DNA of 48,549 nt, taken from NCBI GenBank assembly GCA_964531375.1, contig CAZHDO010000005.1:1-48549 (forward strand). The letters run 5' to 3'. The notes beneath the pieces are model-generated. The model saw only the letters and a list, made by a program, of their open reading frames with translations. It ran no database searches and was not told the origin of the DNA. How positions within the stretch are numbered: position 1 is the first letter of the stretch; each line of letters opens with the position of its first letter. This stretch comes from an uncultured Candidatus Saccharibacteria bacterium (GTDB taxonomy: Bacteria > Patescibacteriota > Minisyncoccia > Phycocordibacterales > UBA12445). This document shows positions 40,100 to 48,549 of this stretch, piece by piece. Both the position numbers and the translations under genes were made by a program.

Positions 40100-40378
40100 T
40101 TGACAGATAACTACATAACATGCTATAAAGGCGACATTCGAGTACGTTGTAAAATCAAAAGTGGTAGCTTGTTTATCTTTTATTGAGGTAGGCGCAATGG
40201 GTATAAATTAAATTTGTATCTAATGCGCCTGTCTCATAAAAAAGGAGTGAGACAGTGGATGGTGTGTTCTATCTTTTTTTTTGTTTTTTTAATACTTCTG
40301 CAATTTCGCAGAGTATACTGGCATCGTTACTATATTTGTAGGTGCGCAATGTTCAAAATCCCAAGGAGAAATCGATAA
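40100..40378 (+). promoter_or_regulatory. promoter plus structured leader, copy A (uORF 40255-40341)
   Basis: TTGACA-18-TATAAA; hairpin 40184-40236; homologous to 40882-41154. Confidence 0.8.
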
Positions 40379-40759
40379 GTGAAAAATTTCGTCGTTTCGG
40401 AAGATGATTCTGTGGGTTTTCGCGATCAGAGTGAAAATCAATTGTTGCGAGATGGTAAGGCTATTGTCGGTAAGACTATTGGGAGTCAGGGAAAAGAACG
40501 TAAGGTTACGGTTTGGAGACCTATTGAAGGTGGTAAACTCAAGGGCACCTTTAATTCGTCTTTTAAACCAGCTGGCAATCGCAACAAGAAGGTGGTATTG
40601 ACCCACGGAATAAACGAAGAGATTGCTAGTACCGTTGCTAGTGGTCTTATGACCGAAGAAATTTCGAAGAATGGTGATTTTAAACGAACTGTGATTAAAG
40701 AGGTTGGTGGTATCGAGCTTAGGACAGATATCAAGGTTGTGTACGAGCGAAGCAGGTAA
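40379..40759 (+). CDS. hypothetical protein (cassette A)
   Basis: AAGGAG SD, GTG start, terminator 40822-40852; weak similarity to 41155-41640. Confidence 0.7.
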   Translation: MKNFVVSEDDSVGFRDQSENQLLRDGKAIVGKTIGSQGKERKVTVWRPIEGGKLKGTFNSSFKPAGNRNKKVVLTHGINEEIASTVASGLMTEEISKNGDFKRTVIKEVGGIELRTDIKVVYERSR

Positions 40760-40881
40760 GAGTTACCATCTATATTAATTATACAAATCCAATTTGAATC
40801 TATAAAAAGATGAAGATTGGTCGCCAGTTTCTTTCACAGGAGCTGGCGTTTTATTATTGTAAAAACTAGCTTTTTAAGAAT

Positions 40882-41154
40882 TTGACACAAAACACAGCAT
40901 CGTGCTATAAAAGACAAGTTCGAGTACATTGTAAATTCAAGAGTGGTAACTTATTTGTTTTTGTAGTGAGATAGGCGTAATGGATATAAATTTTTTGTAT
41001 CTAATACGCCTGTCTCATACAAAAGGAGTGAGACAGTGAACAGTGTGTTCTATCTTTTTTTTGCTTTTTTAAATACTCTCGCAATTTCGCAGAGTATGCG
41101 CGTGTTTATCTAGTTTGTAGATGACATTTGTTTTTATCAAGGAGAAAATTAGAA
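40882..41154 (+). promoter_or_regulatory. promoter plus structured leader, copy B (uORF 41036-41113)
   Basis: TTGACA-18-TATAAA; same hairpins as copy A with a compensatory change. Confidence 0.8.
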
Positions 41155-41640
41155 GTGAATAATCCTGCTTCCGTTTCTGTAGACTCGTCTGAAAAGTTCA
41201 TTCGCAACACGTTCAAAGCTGAGTTTCTTCGTTCCGATTCGGTCAAGAAGGAATTCATTCGCACCAAAGAGTCAGATGTTCGTTTGCTCAAAAAGGACGC
41301 GAAAAAAAACGTGGTTAATGGTTCTGTTAAGATTTCGCATATCTCGACAGCTATCACGGCAAAAAAGCGCATGAATCTTAAGACGGTAGATAAGATTGCT
41401 GATGCGGTGGCCGAAAAGATTGAGATCAACAAGTTCTCGAAGGGGCGTTTCGAAAGTTCTTCCAGGATCAATGTTGATGGTTTCGAATTCGGCATTGGTT
41501 TCGATCTTACTTTCACACAGAACGTTGGAAATGGTACTGACACGACTGGGGAAAGGTGCGAAATCACCAACCCCAACAATACCCAGGAAAAGTGTCTTAA
41601 CGGCACTAATCCGAACAACAAGTTCAACGAAAACGAATAA
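41155..41640 (+). CDS. hypothetical protein (cassette B)
   Basis: AAGGAG SD, GTG at 41155 positionally equivalent to 40379; terminator 41693-41725. Confidence 0.7.
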   Translation: MNNPASVSVDSSEKFIRNTFKAEFLRSDSVKKEFIRTKESDVRLLKKDAKKNVVNGSVKISHISTAITAKKRMNLKTVDKIADAVAEKIEINKFSKGRFESSSRINVDGFEFGIGFDLTFTQNVGNGTDTTGERCEITNPNNTQEKCLNGTNPNNKFNENE

Positions 41641-41813
41641 GCCGCCACCCGCCGCCTAAGCCAACCAAATCTGTTAAAGGATGAAGGTTGGGCGCTAGTT
41701 TCTCTTTTTGAGACTGGCGTTTTTTATTGCTTAAAAATTGACACTAAGGCATCGGTTGTGCTAATAAATAGCCAGTATTGTAATCTTGAAAACAAAATAC
41801 GGAGGTGTGAAGT

Positions 41814-42140
41814 ATGCCTATGGCTATGTGTTATCCTAAATTGGACTATGTTCCTGGGAGTCAAACTGTTGAGTCTCATCTTATGCTCACTGTGGTCATG
41901 GGTGATGGAAGGCGGTTGAAGAATGATATTATTAAGTCGTTCTACGATTCCGACTGGAAAAAACTTTCTTCAGCACGCCGTGATGATATTGAGGCGACCA
42001 GACCTCTTGATGAAGTACAGGTTGATAAGCACGGTAATGTTGATCAAGAGGAGCTCTCGAAGTGGTTTTTGAGAGCAAGGGATCATGAACGTGCAAGGAA
42101 AAAGGGTCGTATTGACCCTGACCAGTGCGAACAGATGTAA
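41814..42140 (+). CDS. hypothetical protein, paralog family member 1
   Basis: TTGACA at 41738, GGAGGTG SD, terminator 42162-42188; shared D..F..W..P..G.V..L..W..A motif. Confidence 0.75.
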   Translation: MPMAMCYPKLDYVPGSQTVESHLMLTVVMGDGRRLKNDIIKSFYDSDWKKLSSARRDDIEATRPLDEVQVDKHGNVDQEELSKWFLRARDHERARKKGRIDPDQCEQM

Positions 42141-42300
42141 CTGGTCTGGAAAGTGTGTTTCGGCATCGAGCTAGTCTCGGTGCCTTTTGTTTTTGTGTTT
42201 AAATTATTCAATATTTTTTTGAAAAAATTGACATCTTCTGCTCGCTCGTGATATAAAAAGTTTGATACTGTTCCTTAAAATCAATATCAGGAGAAGACAA

Positions 42301-42729
42301 GTGATCTGTCGATGTGTTTCGGTTAAGTATATTCCGGGTGAACAGGTACCTGTTCCTGGTACTCTTAATGACTATTCGATGTTTGAGGAAGGCGTTGTGT
42401 ATATTGAAGAAAAAAACGGTCGAGTGTTAAGATCGACCAGCAAAAAGATGGACCTTGAAATAGAACTCATCGATGGGAGCTTTGAACACTGTGATATTTT
42501 CCCATTCTTTCGCAAAAGATGGGGACGCATATCCAACAAGAGAAGAAAGGCTATTATCGCAAAAAAGCCCGCTGTAATTAAGCGACTAATATCAGGTGTT
42601 GTTTGCGAATTAGACCTAGCTGATTGGCTTGAACAAGCAAGGGCCGTGCTTAAGGTTCTTGAGAAGTGCGAGCAAAATATTCCGGAGAAACATGCCCGAA
42701 GTTGGGAATTTCTTCAGATGGAGTATTGA
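42301..42729 (+). CDS. hypothetical protein, paralog family member 2
   Basis: TTGACA-18-TATAAA (42228-42257), AGGAG then GTG 42301, terminator 42764-42790. Confidence 0.75.
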   Translation: MICRCVSVKYIPGEQVPVPGTLNDYSMFEEGVVYIEEKNGRVLRSTSKKMDLEIELIDGSFEHCDIFPFFRKRWGRISNKRRKAIIAKKPAVIKRLISGVVCELDLADWLEQARAVLKVLEKCEQNIPEKHARSWEFLQMEY

Positions 42730-42875
42730 ATTTTTTTTACCTGACCTCTCCTTTTTTGCTTTCGACACCGGTCCCTCGGTGTCCTTTTTTGTTCAAAATT
42801 ATTTGACATGATTTGCTGGGTATTGTAGTGTAAGGCTAGTTTTTTGAAATTTAAATAAAATCAAGGGGTATTTGT

Positions 42876-43256
42876 ATGAAAGTTAAGTGTTTGGACGTGC
42901 TTTTTTCAAAAATTGTTAATTTTCCAACTGTTCAAGGAATAAAAAAAGATAGAAAAAATGAACACAGTAATGAGAGTCGCGGTCGTTTCTTCTATAAACA
43001 GGCAAGGGGTACTGCGAAATCTGGTATTAACCCTTTGCTTATGCTTGAGTACGAGAAAGCTGCTAAAAAAAGAACTTTCGACCTTTTGCCTTTTTTCTAT
43101 GAAAGGTGGGGAGTCAAGAAAATTATTCAAAAGACGGCCAATGCTCTGAAGAAGACGAAACCGTCAGAAATTACTATCGACGAATATGGGGTAGTCGATA
43201 GCGGCGAACTTCAGGCTTGGTGCGAAAGAGCTGAAGTTGTCTTGGGTTTGAGATAG
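42876..43256 (+). CDS. hypothetical protein, paralog family member 3
   Basis: TTGACA-17-TAGTGT (42803-42831), AAGGGG SD, terminator 43274-43300. Confidence 0.75.
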   Translation: MKVKCLDVLFSKIVNFPTVQGIKKDRKNEHSNESRGRFFYKQARGTAKSGINPLLMLEYEKAAKKRTFDLLPFFYERWGVKKIIQKTANALKKTKPSEITIDEYGVVDSGELQAWCERAEVVLGLR

Positions 43257-43354
43257 CTCTATTTGTTTTTATTGACACCGACAAGTTCGGTGTCTTTTTT
43301 CTTTTGTGTGAAATATAATGACAAAATAGTCAATTTCGTATAGCATTTACAAAT

Positions 43355-43921
43355 ATGAATATAAAAAGTGCGGTTTTTAAGAAGGGGATAAGGGGTTCGG
43401 ACAATATCTTATTTGATACCAAAATGCAGATAGCTTTTATTGGGCGCTCGAATGTTGGTAAATCTAGTCTCATGAACTGTCTTTTGAATCGTTCTGATTT
43501 GGTTCGCTCGGGTAAGCTTCCTGGCAAAACCACTGAAATCAACTTTTTCCTTGTAAACGATATGTATTACTTTGTTGACCTTCCTGGTTATGGATATGCA
43601 AAACTTCCGCTTGATGTTCGTGAACAAATCGCAAAGATGATTCAGTGGTATTTTTTCCAGAACGTTTTTAAAAGGAAAGCCGTGCTTGTTTTAGATATTA
43701 AGGTTGGTCCAAATGAGATGGATCTTGAAATGATCAGGATTTTACAAGAACGCAAGCAGGAGGTAATTATTGTAGCAAATAAAGCTGATACTCTTAACCA
43801 AAAGGAAAGAGTAGAAAGAATTAGGGATATTTCCTCACTAATTCCAGGTTTTGAAATTATTCCTGGCTCAGCTAAGACAAAAGAGGGGAGAGATGAAATC
43901 CTTGGAAGAATTATTGCATAA
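43355..43921 (+). CDS. engB: ribosome biogenesis GTP-binding protein YihA/YsxC
   Basis: GRSNVGKSS, PGKT, VDLPGYGYA, NKAD, SAK. Confidence 0.95.
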   Translation: MNIKSAVFKKGIRGSDNILFDTKMQIAFIGRSNVGKSSLMNCLLNRSDLVRSGKLPGKTTEINFFLVNDMYYFVDLPGYGYAKLPLDVREQIAKMIQWYFFQNVFKRKAVLVLDIKVGPNEMDLEMIRILQERKQEVIIVANKADTLNQKERVERIRDISSLIPGFEIIPGSAKTKEGRDEILGRIIA

Positions 43922-44032
43922 AATCCAAATATTCATGTTTCAAAATAGTACTGGGGATAAACCAGTGCTATTTTTTTTGAGGATTGTTTATAATTTAATA
44001 TAATAGCTAATTTTATTTATTAAATTTTATAA

Positions 44033-46261
44033 ATGGTCATGAGAAAAGTAATTAAGTTTTTTGGGTTTTTGTCGGTTTTTTTGTTGTTTGCTTTTAGTAG
44101 ACAGGCTTTTGCAGTTCCTACAACTGACTATATCCCACCAGACACAAGCATATCGTCTTCCATAGATGATGCTGGTTTTATAGTTGTGGATAATGCAACG
44201 ACTTCTGCGACCGGTATCAATATTGTTTTTACTGGCACAGATAATATAAGCCCACCATATACTCTGTCTTTTTCTTGTAGTTTTGATGGGGGTGCGTTCG
44301 CTCCTTGTGTAAGCCCTATTGCTTATTCTGGTTTACCACTTGGCAGACATTCTTTTTCTGTTAAAGCTACTGACCAAGCAAAAAATACCGATCAGTCACC
44401 AGTGGTTTTAAATTGGGAGATTGTTATCCCTCCAGACAGGACGGCTCCGGATACTTTGATTGTTTCTTCTGTAGAAGGAAATGGTGTTAACTTGGCTTCA
44501 AATGGTTCTACTATTTCAAATAGCATGGTTTTTTCTTTTTCTGGTATGGATGATAGAACAGATTCTGGTCTTTTGTCTTTCGTGTGTGGTTTGGATAACG
44601 CGGCATCGTTACCTTGTATGCCTCCTGTAAGTTACTCAGGTTTAGGTCTTGGAGTTCACACCTTTACTGTTTCTGCTATTGATCAGGCTGGTAATATAGA
44701 TGCAACGCCAGCTATCTATTCTTGGTCAATAATTCCTCCTCCAGACATAACACCACCGGACACGTTGATAGTGTCTGCGATTGACGAGAGTGGGGCTACG
44801 ACGACAATCAATGGTTCAACTAAATCAACTGGTATTAATATTACCTTTGCAGGTGCGGACGACAGAACTGCCACAAATGACTTAGCTTTCTCTTGCTCTA
44901 TAGACAATGGTGGATTTTCTTCTTGTGTAAGTCCTAAAAATTATTCGGGACTTGCAATTGGTACACATACTTTTTCTGTTGTAGCGATAGACCAGGCAGG
45001 GAATACTGATGCTTCTCCATCTGTTTTTCAGTGGACAATCGTAAGTGATTTGGATGTTGTTGCCCCTGAGACAACAATTGTTTCTGTGGTTGATCAAAAT
45101 GGGGGGGTGTTAAACATGAATCAGTCCACCAACTCAACGGGTGTGTCAATTAGCTTTACTGGTATTGATGACAGGACAAGTGCTGATAATTTAGCTTTCT
45201 CTTGCGCTATTGATGGTGGTGCATATTCTCCTTGTACGAGTGCCAAGAGTTATTCAGGACTTGCTCTAGGCGGACACACCTTTTCTGTTGTGGCTACGGA
45301 TCAGGTAGGCAATGTGGATGCGACCCCTGCATTGTTTTATTGGACAATTACGGGTAAGTGCCAGGACCCTATTATTCAATTACAAAGCTTAATAGCCTTG
45401 ATTAAGAGCTATAATTATTCTCAAGATTTAACAAAGAAATTAACTGATTATCCAAATCAAGCAATCAAGAGTCTTACTGATAAATACAACAAAAATGACG
45501 TGCATTTGGCTTATGTCGCACTCGATAATTTTATAAAGAGGGTTGATTCAGAATCAAAGTATAAAAATAGCCAAATAACTAAAGATAAGGCTGTTTTATT
45601 GAGTAAATTGGCTGAAGACATAAAAATAAACATTACATGTATCGATTCAGTCGTTTCTTTGCAAAATCTTATTAAGTTGGTAATTAGCCTAGATTTGCCA
45701 AAAGATATTACACACAAGCTAACTCAATACCCTTACGATGCAATTGTTTGGTTGGTTGACAAAAATCACAAGGACAAGCCAGTTTGTTATGAGATAGATA
45801 GATTTATTAAAGAGGTGAATGGTATTTTGGATTATAAGAAATATCATTACATCAGGGATGAGGATATGGGCTGTGGAGGTAAGGGGGACTACGATGACCG
45901 AAATAAGAAATATAGCGATGGTAAAAATGAGGGTGGAAAAGATTCAAAAGATGGTAAGAGGGGTGCTTATGGTGATGGATCAAATAATAAACTAGATACT
46001 CACGACAAAGGTGAATCGGGAAATCGAGATGGTAGAAATGGTGGCTATGGTGACAATAGAGAAGATAATAACGAAAATGGAGGATATTACATCCTAGATA
46101 AAGACAAAGCCTCTCAGATGATTAAGGCTGCACAGGCAATTAAAGCAGAGTTTGGCTGTAGCTCAAGTAGAGATATCTTTGGAAATACCACAAGCATGTT
46201 TGCTGTTTTAAGCGAATATCTTGTCGCCAGCTTAAATTTTTTTTTATCAATTTTTAGTTAA
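44033..46261 (+). CDS. secreted surface protein with four Ig-like repeats
   Basis: Signal peptide; four ~100-aa units P(D/E)T.I..F.G.D..F.C..D..C..YSGL..G.H.F.V.A.DQ..N.D..P..W.I; two helical repeats and a G/D-rich tail. Confidence 0.8.
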   Translation: MVMRKVIKFFGFLSVFLLFAFSRQAFAVPTTDYIPPDTSISSSIDDAGFIVVDNATTSATGINIVFTGTDNISPPYTLSFSCSFDGGAFAPCVSPIAYSGLPLGRHSFSVKATDQAKNTDQSPVVLNWEIVIPPDRTAPDTLIVSSVEGNGVNLASNGSTISNSMVFSFSGMDDRTDSGLLSFVCGLDNAASLPCMPPVSYSGLGLGVHTFTVSAIDQAGNIDATPAIYSWSIIPPPDITPPDTLIVSAIDESGATTTINGSTKSTGINITFAGADDRTATNDLAFSCSIDNGGFSSCVSPKNYSGLAIGTHTFSVVAIDQAGNTDASPSVFQWTIVSDLDVVAPETTIVSVVDQNGGVLNMNQSTNSTGVSISFTGIDDRTSADNLAFSCAIDGGAYSPCTSAKSYSGLALGGHTFSVVATDQVGNVDATPALFYWTITGKCQDPIIQLQSLIALIKSYNYSQDLTKKLTDYPNQAIKSLTDKYNKNDVHLAYVALDNFIKRVDSESKYKNSQITKDKAVLLSKLAEDIKINITCIDSVVSLQNLIKLVISLDLPKDITHKLTQYPYDAIVWLVDKNHKDKPVCYEIDRFIKEVNGILDYKKYHYIRDEDMGCGGKGDYDDRNKKYSDGKNEGGKDSKDGKRGAYGDGSNNKLDTHDKGESGNRDGRNGGYGDNREDNNENGGYYILDKDKASQMIKAAQAIKAEFGCSSSRDIFGNTTSMFAVLSEYLVASLNFFLSIFS

Positions 46262-46289
46262 ATAAATTTTCTTTAATTAGAAAAGTTAA

Positions 46290-46320
46290 AAATTCCGCAC
46301 ATAAGTCTTGCGGAATTTTT
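46290..46320. terminator. intrinsic terminator
   Basis: AAAATTCCGCA..TGCGGAATTTTT. Confidence 0.75.
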
Positions 46321-46553
46321 ATTTTATGTCCAACTGAATATTTTTGTAGTTTATCCACATACTCGCTGGGTTACTTATGTTCAAATTCCTTATTTATTAT
46401 GGGTTATTTTCGCTACTGTCTTACAATTTACAATAACTTATTTAAATAGGTAAAAAATTATATGTGTGATAGAATCGAAGAAGAGAAAATTTTCTCGATA
46501 TTTTAATTATTAATTAATTTGCGGATTATAAGTTAAGCAGGATAATATAATAA

Positions 46554-48549
46554 ATGGAAAAGAATATTTATGGGGACGCTTCAGTTTTAAGAAATGCATT
46601 GATGAAGGGTGGTATGTTTTTATCAATTTTTCTAGCATTTATTTTTGCTGGATTTTTTCCACAGAATGTTTTTGCGACGTCATATTCGCCCGGAGATGTT
46701 TTGGTGAATGAGTTTAGGCTCGACGGTGTTCAATGGGTAGAGCTTTTAAATACAACTAATAACAACATAGACCTCGGAGCATCTACTTGGGAATTTGTGT
46801 CCCTCGAACTTGGACCAGGTGGGTCAGCTACTACCACTCTTTCAGGATTACTTCCTGCGAATGGTTTAATTACACTTGAACCAATAAGTACACTGTCAAC
46901 TACGACCGATACTTTTTTGTCTTTAAAAAATGACGGCACAAGTATTTATACCATGTCTTATGGTGGGACAACTTTTGGTGAGCCACATCTTGCAGGATTT
47001 CCTAGCTCAGGTGAGTCAGCTTATTACAATGGGGCTGCATGGGCGACAACAGCATTTCCGACAAGGGGTTGGTATAATGGAGCCCCGGCACCTACTATTG
47101 CATCTATCGTTGGTACTATAAACTCCTCAGGTGTTACAACCAACTGGCTTGGTGGGATTGTTGATTCTTCGGCAGCGGCTGATTTGTATTTTGAAAAGAC
47201 AGGTTTTGGTAGAGTTGCTTTTTCTTCGGTATTGAACTTAACAAGTTCTTCAACAAAGACCTTTTTGCAGAATCTTGGAAGTATGATGGACGCTTCTGCT
47301 GGAAGAATGAACTTTGATGCAAGAACTGCATATCTTTTGAAAAATGCAGGAGCAACTATTTCTATTTATAAAGTCAATGAGATTGGGTATGATGTTTCAA
47401 ATTTGAGCACAACTAGTATGACGGTTAAAGATGACACAGGAAATGTTCTTTCTGGAGGCGCTCTTCCTTTGTTTTCTGATATTGCAACAAGTACCGCAAA
47501 TAGTGGAACATTCACGTTTACAACAAGTCACTTTACTCAATTTGGATTTGATCCAATTGTTCAGGAAGTACGCGCAATAGGCTCAACTTCTTCAACTAGT
47601 CCATATTACGTTTTTAGTTCTAACGTTAACGGTTCGGTTATTTATGGAGGTTCATGTAGTGGAACCGCTTCGGCTTCTACAACAATAGGTGACAATACTG
47701 TCACTTTTGGTCCATTAGCCCCTGCAACTTATGCTGATTGTACAGTAAAGGTGGTTGACGGAGCAGGTGCATCTACAACATTAGCAGTGTCTTCTTTTGA
47801 TGTTACACTTGCAACAAATCCATCAGTTGTAGATCTCGGAACTGCTGGTAATTTTGTTATTTTATCAAAGAGTGGAATCTCAAACACGGGAACAACTGCA
47901 ATTACAGGCGATATTGGAGTTAGTCCAATTGGTGCAACTGCTATTACCGGCTTTGGATTGACACTAGATTCTTCAAATACTTTTGCGTCATCTTCTTTGG
48001 CGACCGGGCGAGTGTACGCAGCTGATTATGCAGCCCCTACACCATCTGCAATGACCACGGCTGTAAGTAGTATGGAAGCCGCATATACAGATGCAGCTGG
48101 AAGAACTCTTCCTGTTGCGACAGAGCTAGGTTCTGGAAATATTGGTGGTATGACACTTACAAGAGGTCTCTATAAATGGACTACAGGCGTGACAATACCA
48201 ACCGACCTTACTCTTTCTGGTGGTGCAAATGATGTTTGGATATTCCAAATAGAAGGAACACTTAATATTAGCTCGGCTAGGAGTATTATTCTTAGTGGAG
48301 GCGCTCAGGCAAAGAATATTTTCTGGCAGGTAGCTGGTCAAACAACAATTGGAACAACCGCTGTTTTTAATGGAAACATATTAGATCAAACAGCTATCGT
48401 AATTGAGAATGGCGCAACATTGAACGGAAGGGCACTAGCTCAAACTGCTGTTACTTTAGATGCTAATACTATTACGGCTCCCGCAGCAAGCTCCGCTAAA
48501 GCAATCACAGCCTTCAACTTCACATCCCCAGCTGCTACAGGTGTAATTA
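46554..48549 (+). CDS. large secreted protein with lamin-tail-like domain and DUF3494 ice-binding-type domain (truncated by window end; not in ORF track)
   Basis: Manual translation: signal peptide, GDVLVNEF..QWVELLN..IDL; in the same frame from ~47829 VDLGTAGNFVILSKSGIS..GDIGVSP..AYTDAAGR..GLYKW..WIFQI..NIFWQVAG..NGRALAQTAVTLD. Confidence 0.88.
   Translation, partial: MEKNIYGDASVLRNALMKGGMFLSIFLAFIFAGFFPQNVFATSYSPGDVLVNEFRLDGVQWVELLNTTNNNIDLGASTWEFVSLELGPGGSATTTLSGLLPANGLITLEPISTLSTTTDTFLSLKNDGTSIYTMSYGGTTFGEPHLAGFPSSGESAYYNGAAWATTAFPTRGWYNGAPAPTIASIVGTINSSGVTTNWLGGIVDSSAAADLYFEKTGFGRVAFSSVLNLTSSSTKTFLQNLGSMMDASAGRMNFDARTAYLLKNAGATISIYKVNEIGYDVSNLSTTSMTVKDDTGNVLSGGALPLFSDIATSTANSGTFTFTTSHFTQFGFDPIVQEVRAIGSTSSTSPYYVFSSNVNGSVIYGGSCSGTASASTTIGDNTVTFGPLAPATYADCTVKVVDGAGASTTLAVSSFDVTLATNPSVVDLGTAGNFVILSKSGISNTGTTAITGDIGVSPIGATAITGFGLTLDSSNTFASSSLATGRVYAADYAAPTPSAMTTAVSSMEAAYTDAAGRTLPVATELGSGNIGGMTLTRGLYKWTTGVTIPTDLTLSGGANDVWIFQIEGTLNISSARSIILSGGAQAKNIFWQVAGQTTIGTTAVFNGNILDQTAIVIENGATLNGRALAQTAVTLDANTITAPAASSAKAITAFNFTSPAATGVI

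Noticed and set aside
41106-41648. 180-aa minus-strand ORF
   Set aside because: Shadow of the plus-strand gene, which has promoter, SD, terminator and a paralog
40100-43300. Integron cassette array
   Set aside because: No intI, no attC-type RYYYAAC..GTTRRRY sites recognised, and each gene has its own promoter

Overview
AT-rich bacterial chromosomal window, standard genetic code. The gene set and shortened proteins (short PheS, PheT without B2 domain, short EF-Ts and RF1, tandem-domain ThyX, PaaX/Cas2-like orphan) suggest Patescibacteria/CPR (Parcubacteria-like); this is an inference. The backbone is housekeeping: gatB, rpiB, rpe, thyX, glyA, rplY, rpmE, prfA, rpsB, tsf, pheST, gyrB, tgt, rpmG, tdk, xseAB, miaA, engB, tRNA-Thr(UGU), tRNA-Trp(CCA). 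rpmG and a lamin-tail/DUF3494 ice-binding-type surface protein running off the right end are absent from the ORF track. Main points of interest: (i) two small GIY-YIG nuclease genes, one between a duplicated tRNA-Thr 5' half and the intact tRNA, one flanked by GTCAT-type palindromes that also occur in frame inside tgt; (ii) both tRNAs are followed by an antisense copy of their own T-arm; (iii) a wHTH/Cas2-like gene bracketed by 40-bp inverted palindromic sites; (iv) a duplicated ~250-nt structured leader with mutually exclusive hairpins and a conserved Phe-rich uORF; (v) orphan promoter-SD-ORF-terminator cassettes, including a three-member paralog array and DGR-target-like proteins; (vi) a 1499-aa protein with a C-terminal nucleotidyltransferase domain. 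No CRISPR array, reverse transcriptase, integrase or transposase is visible.
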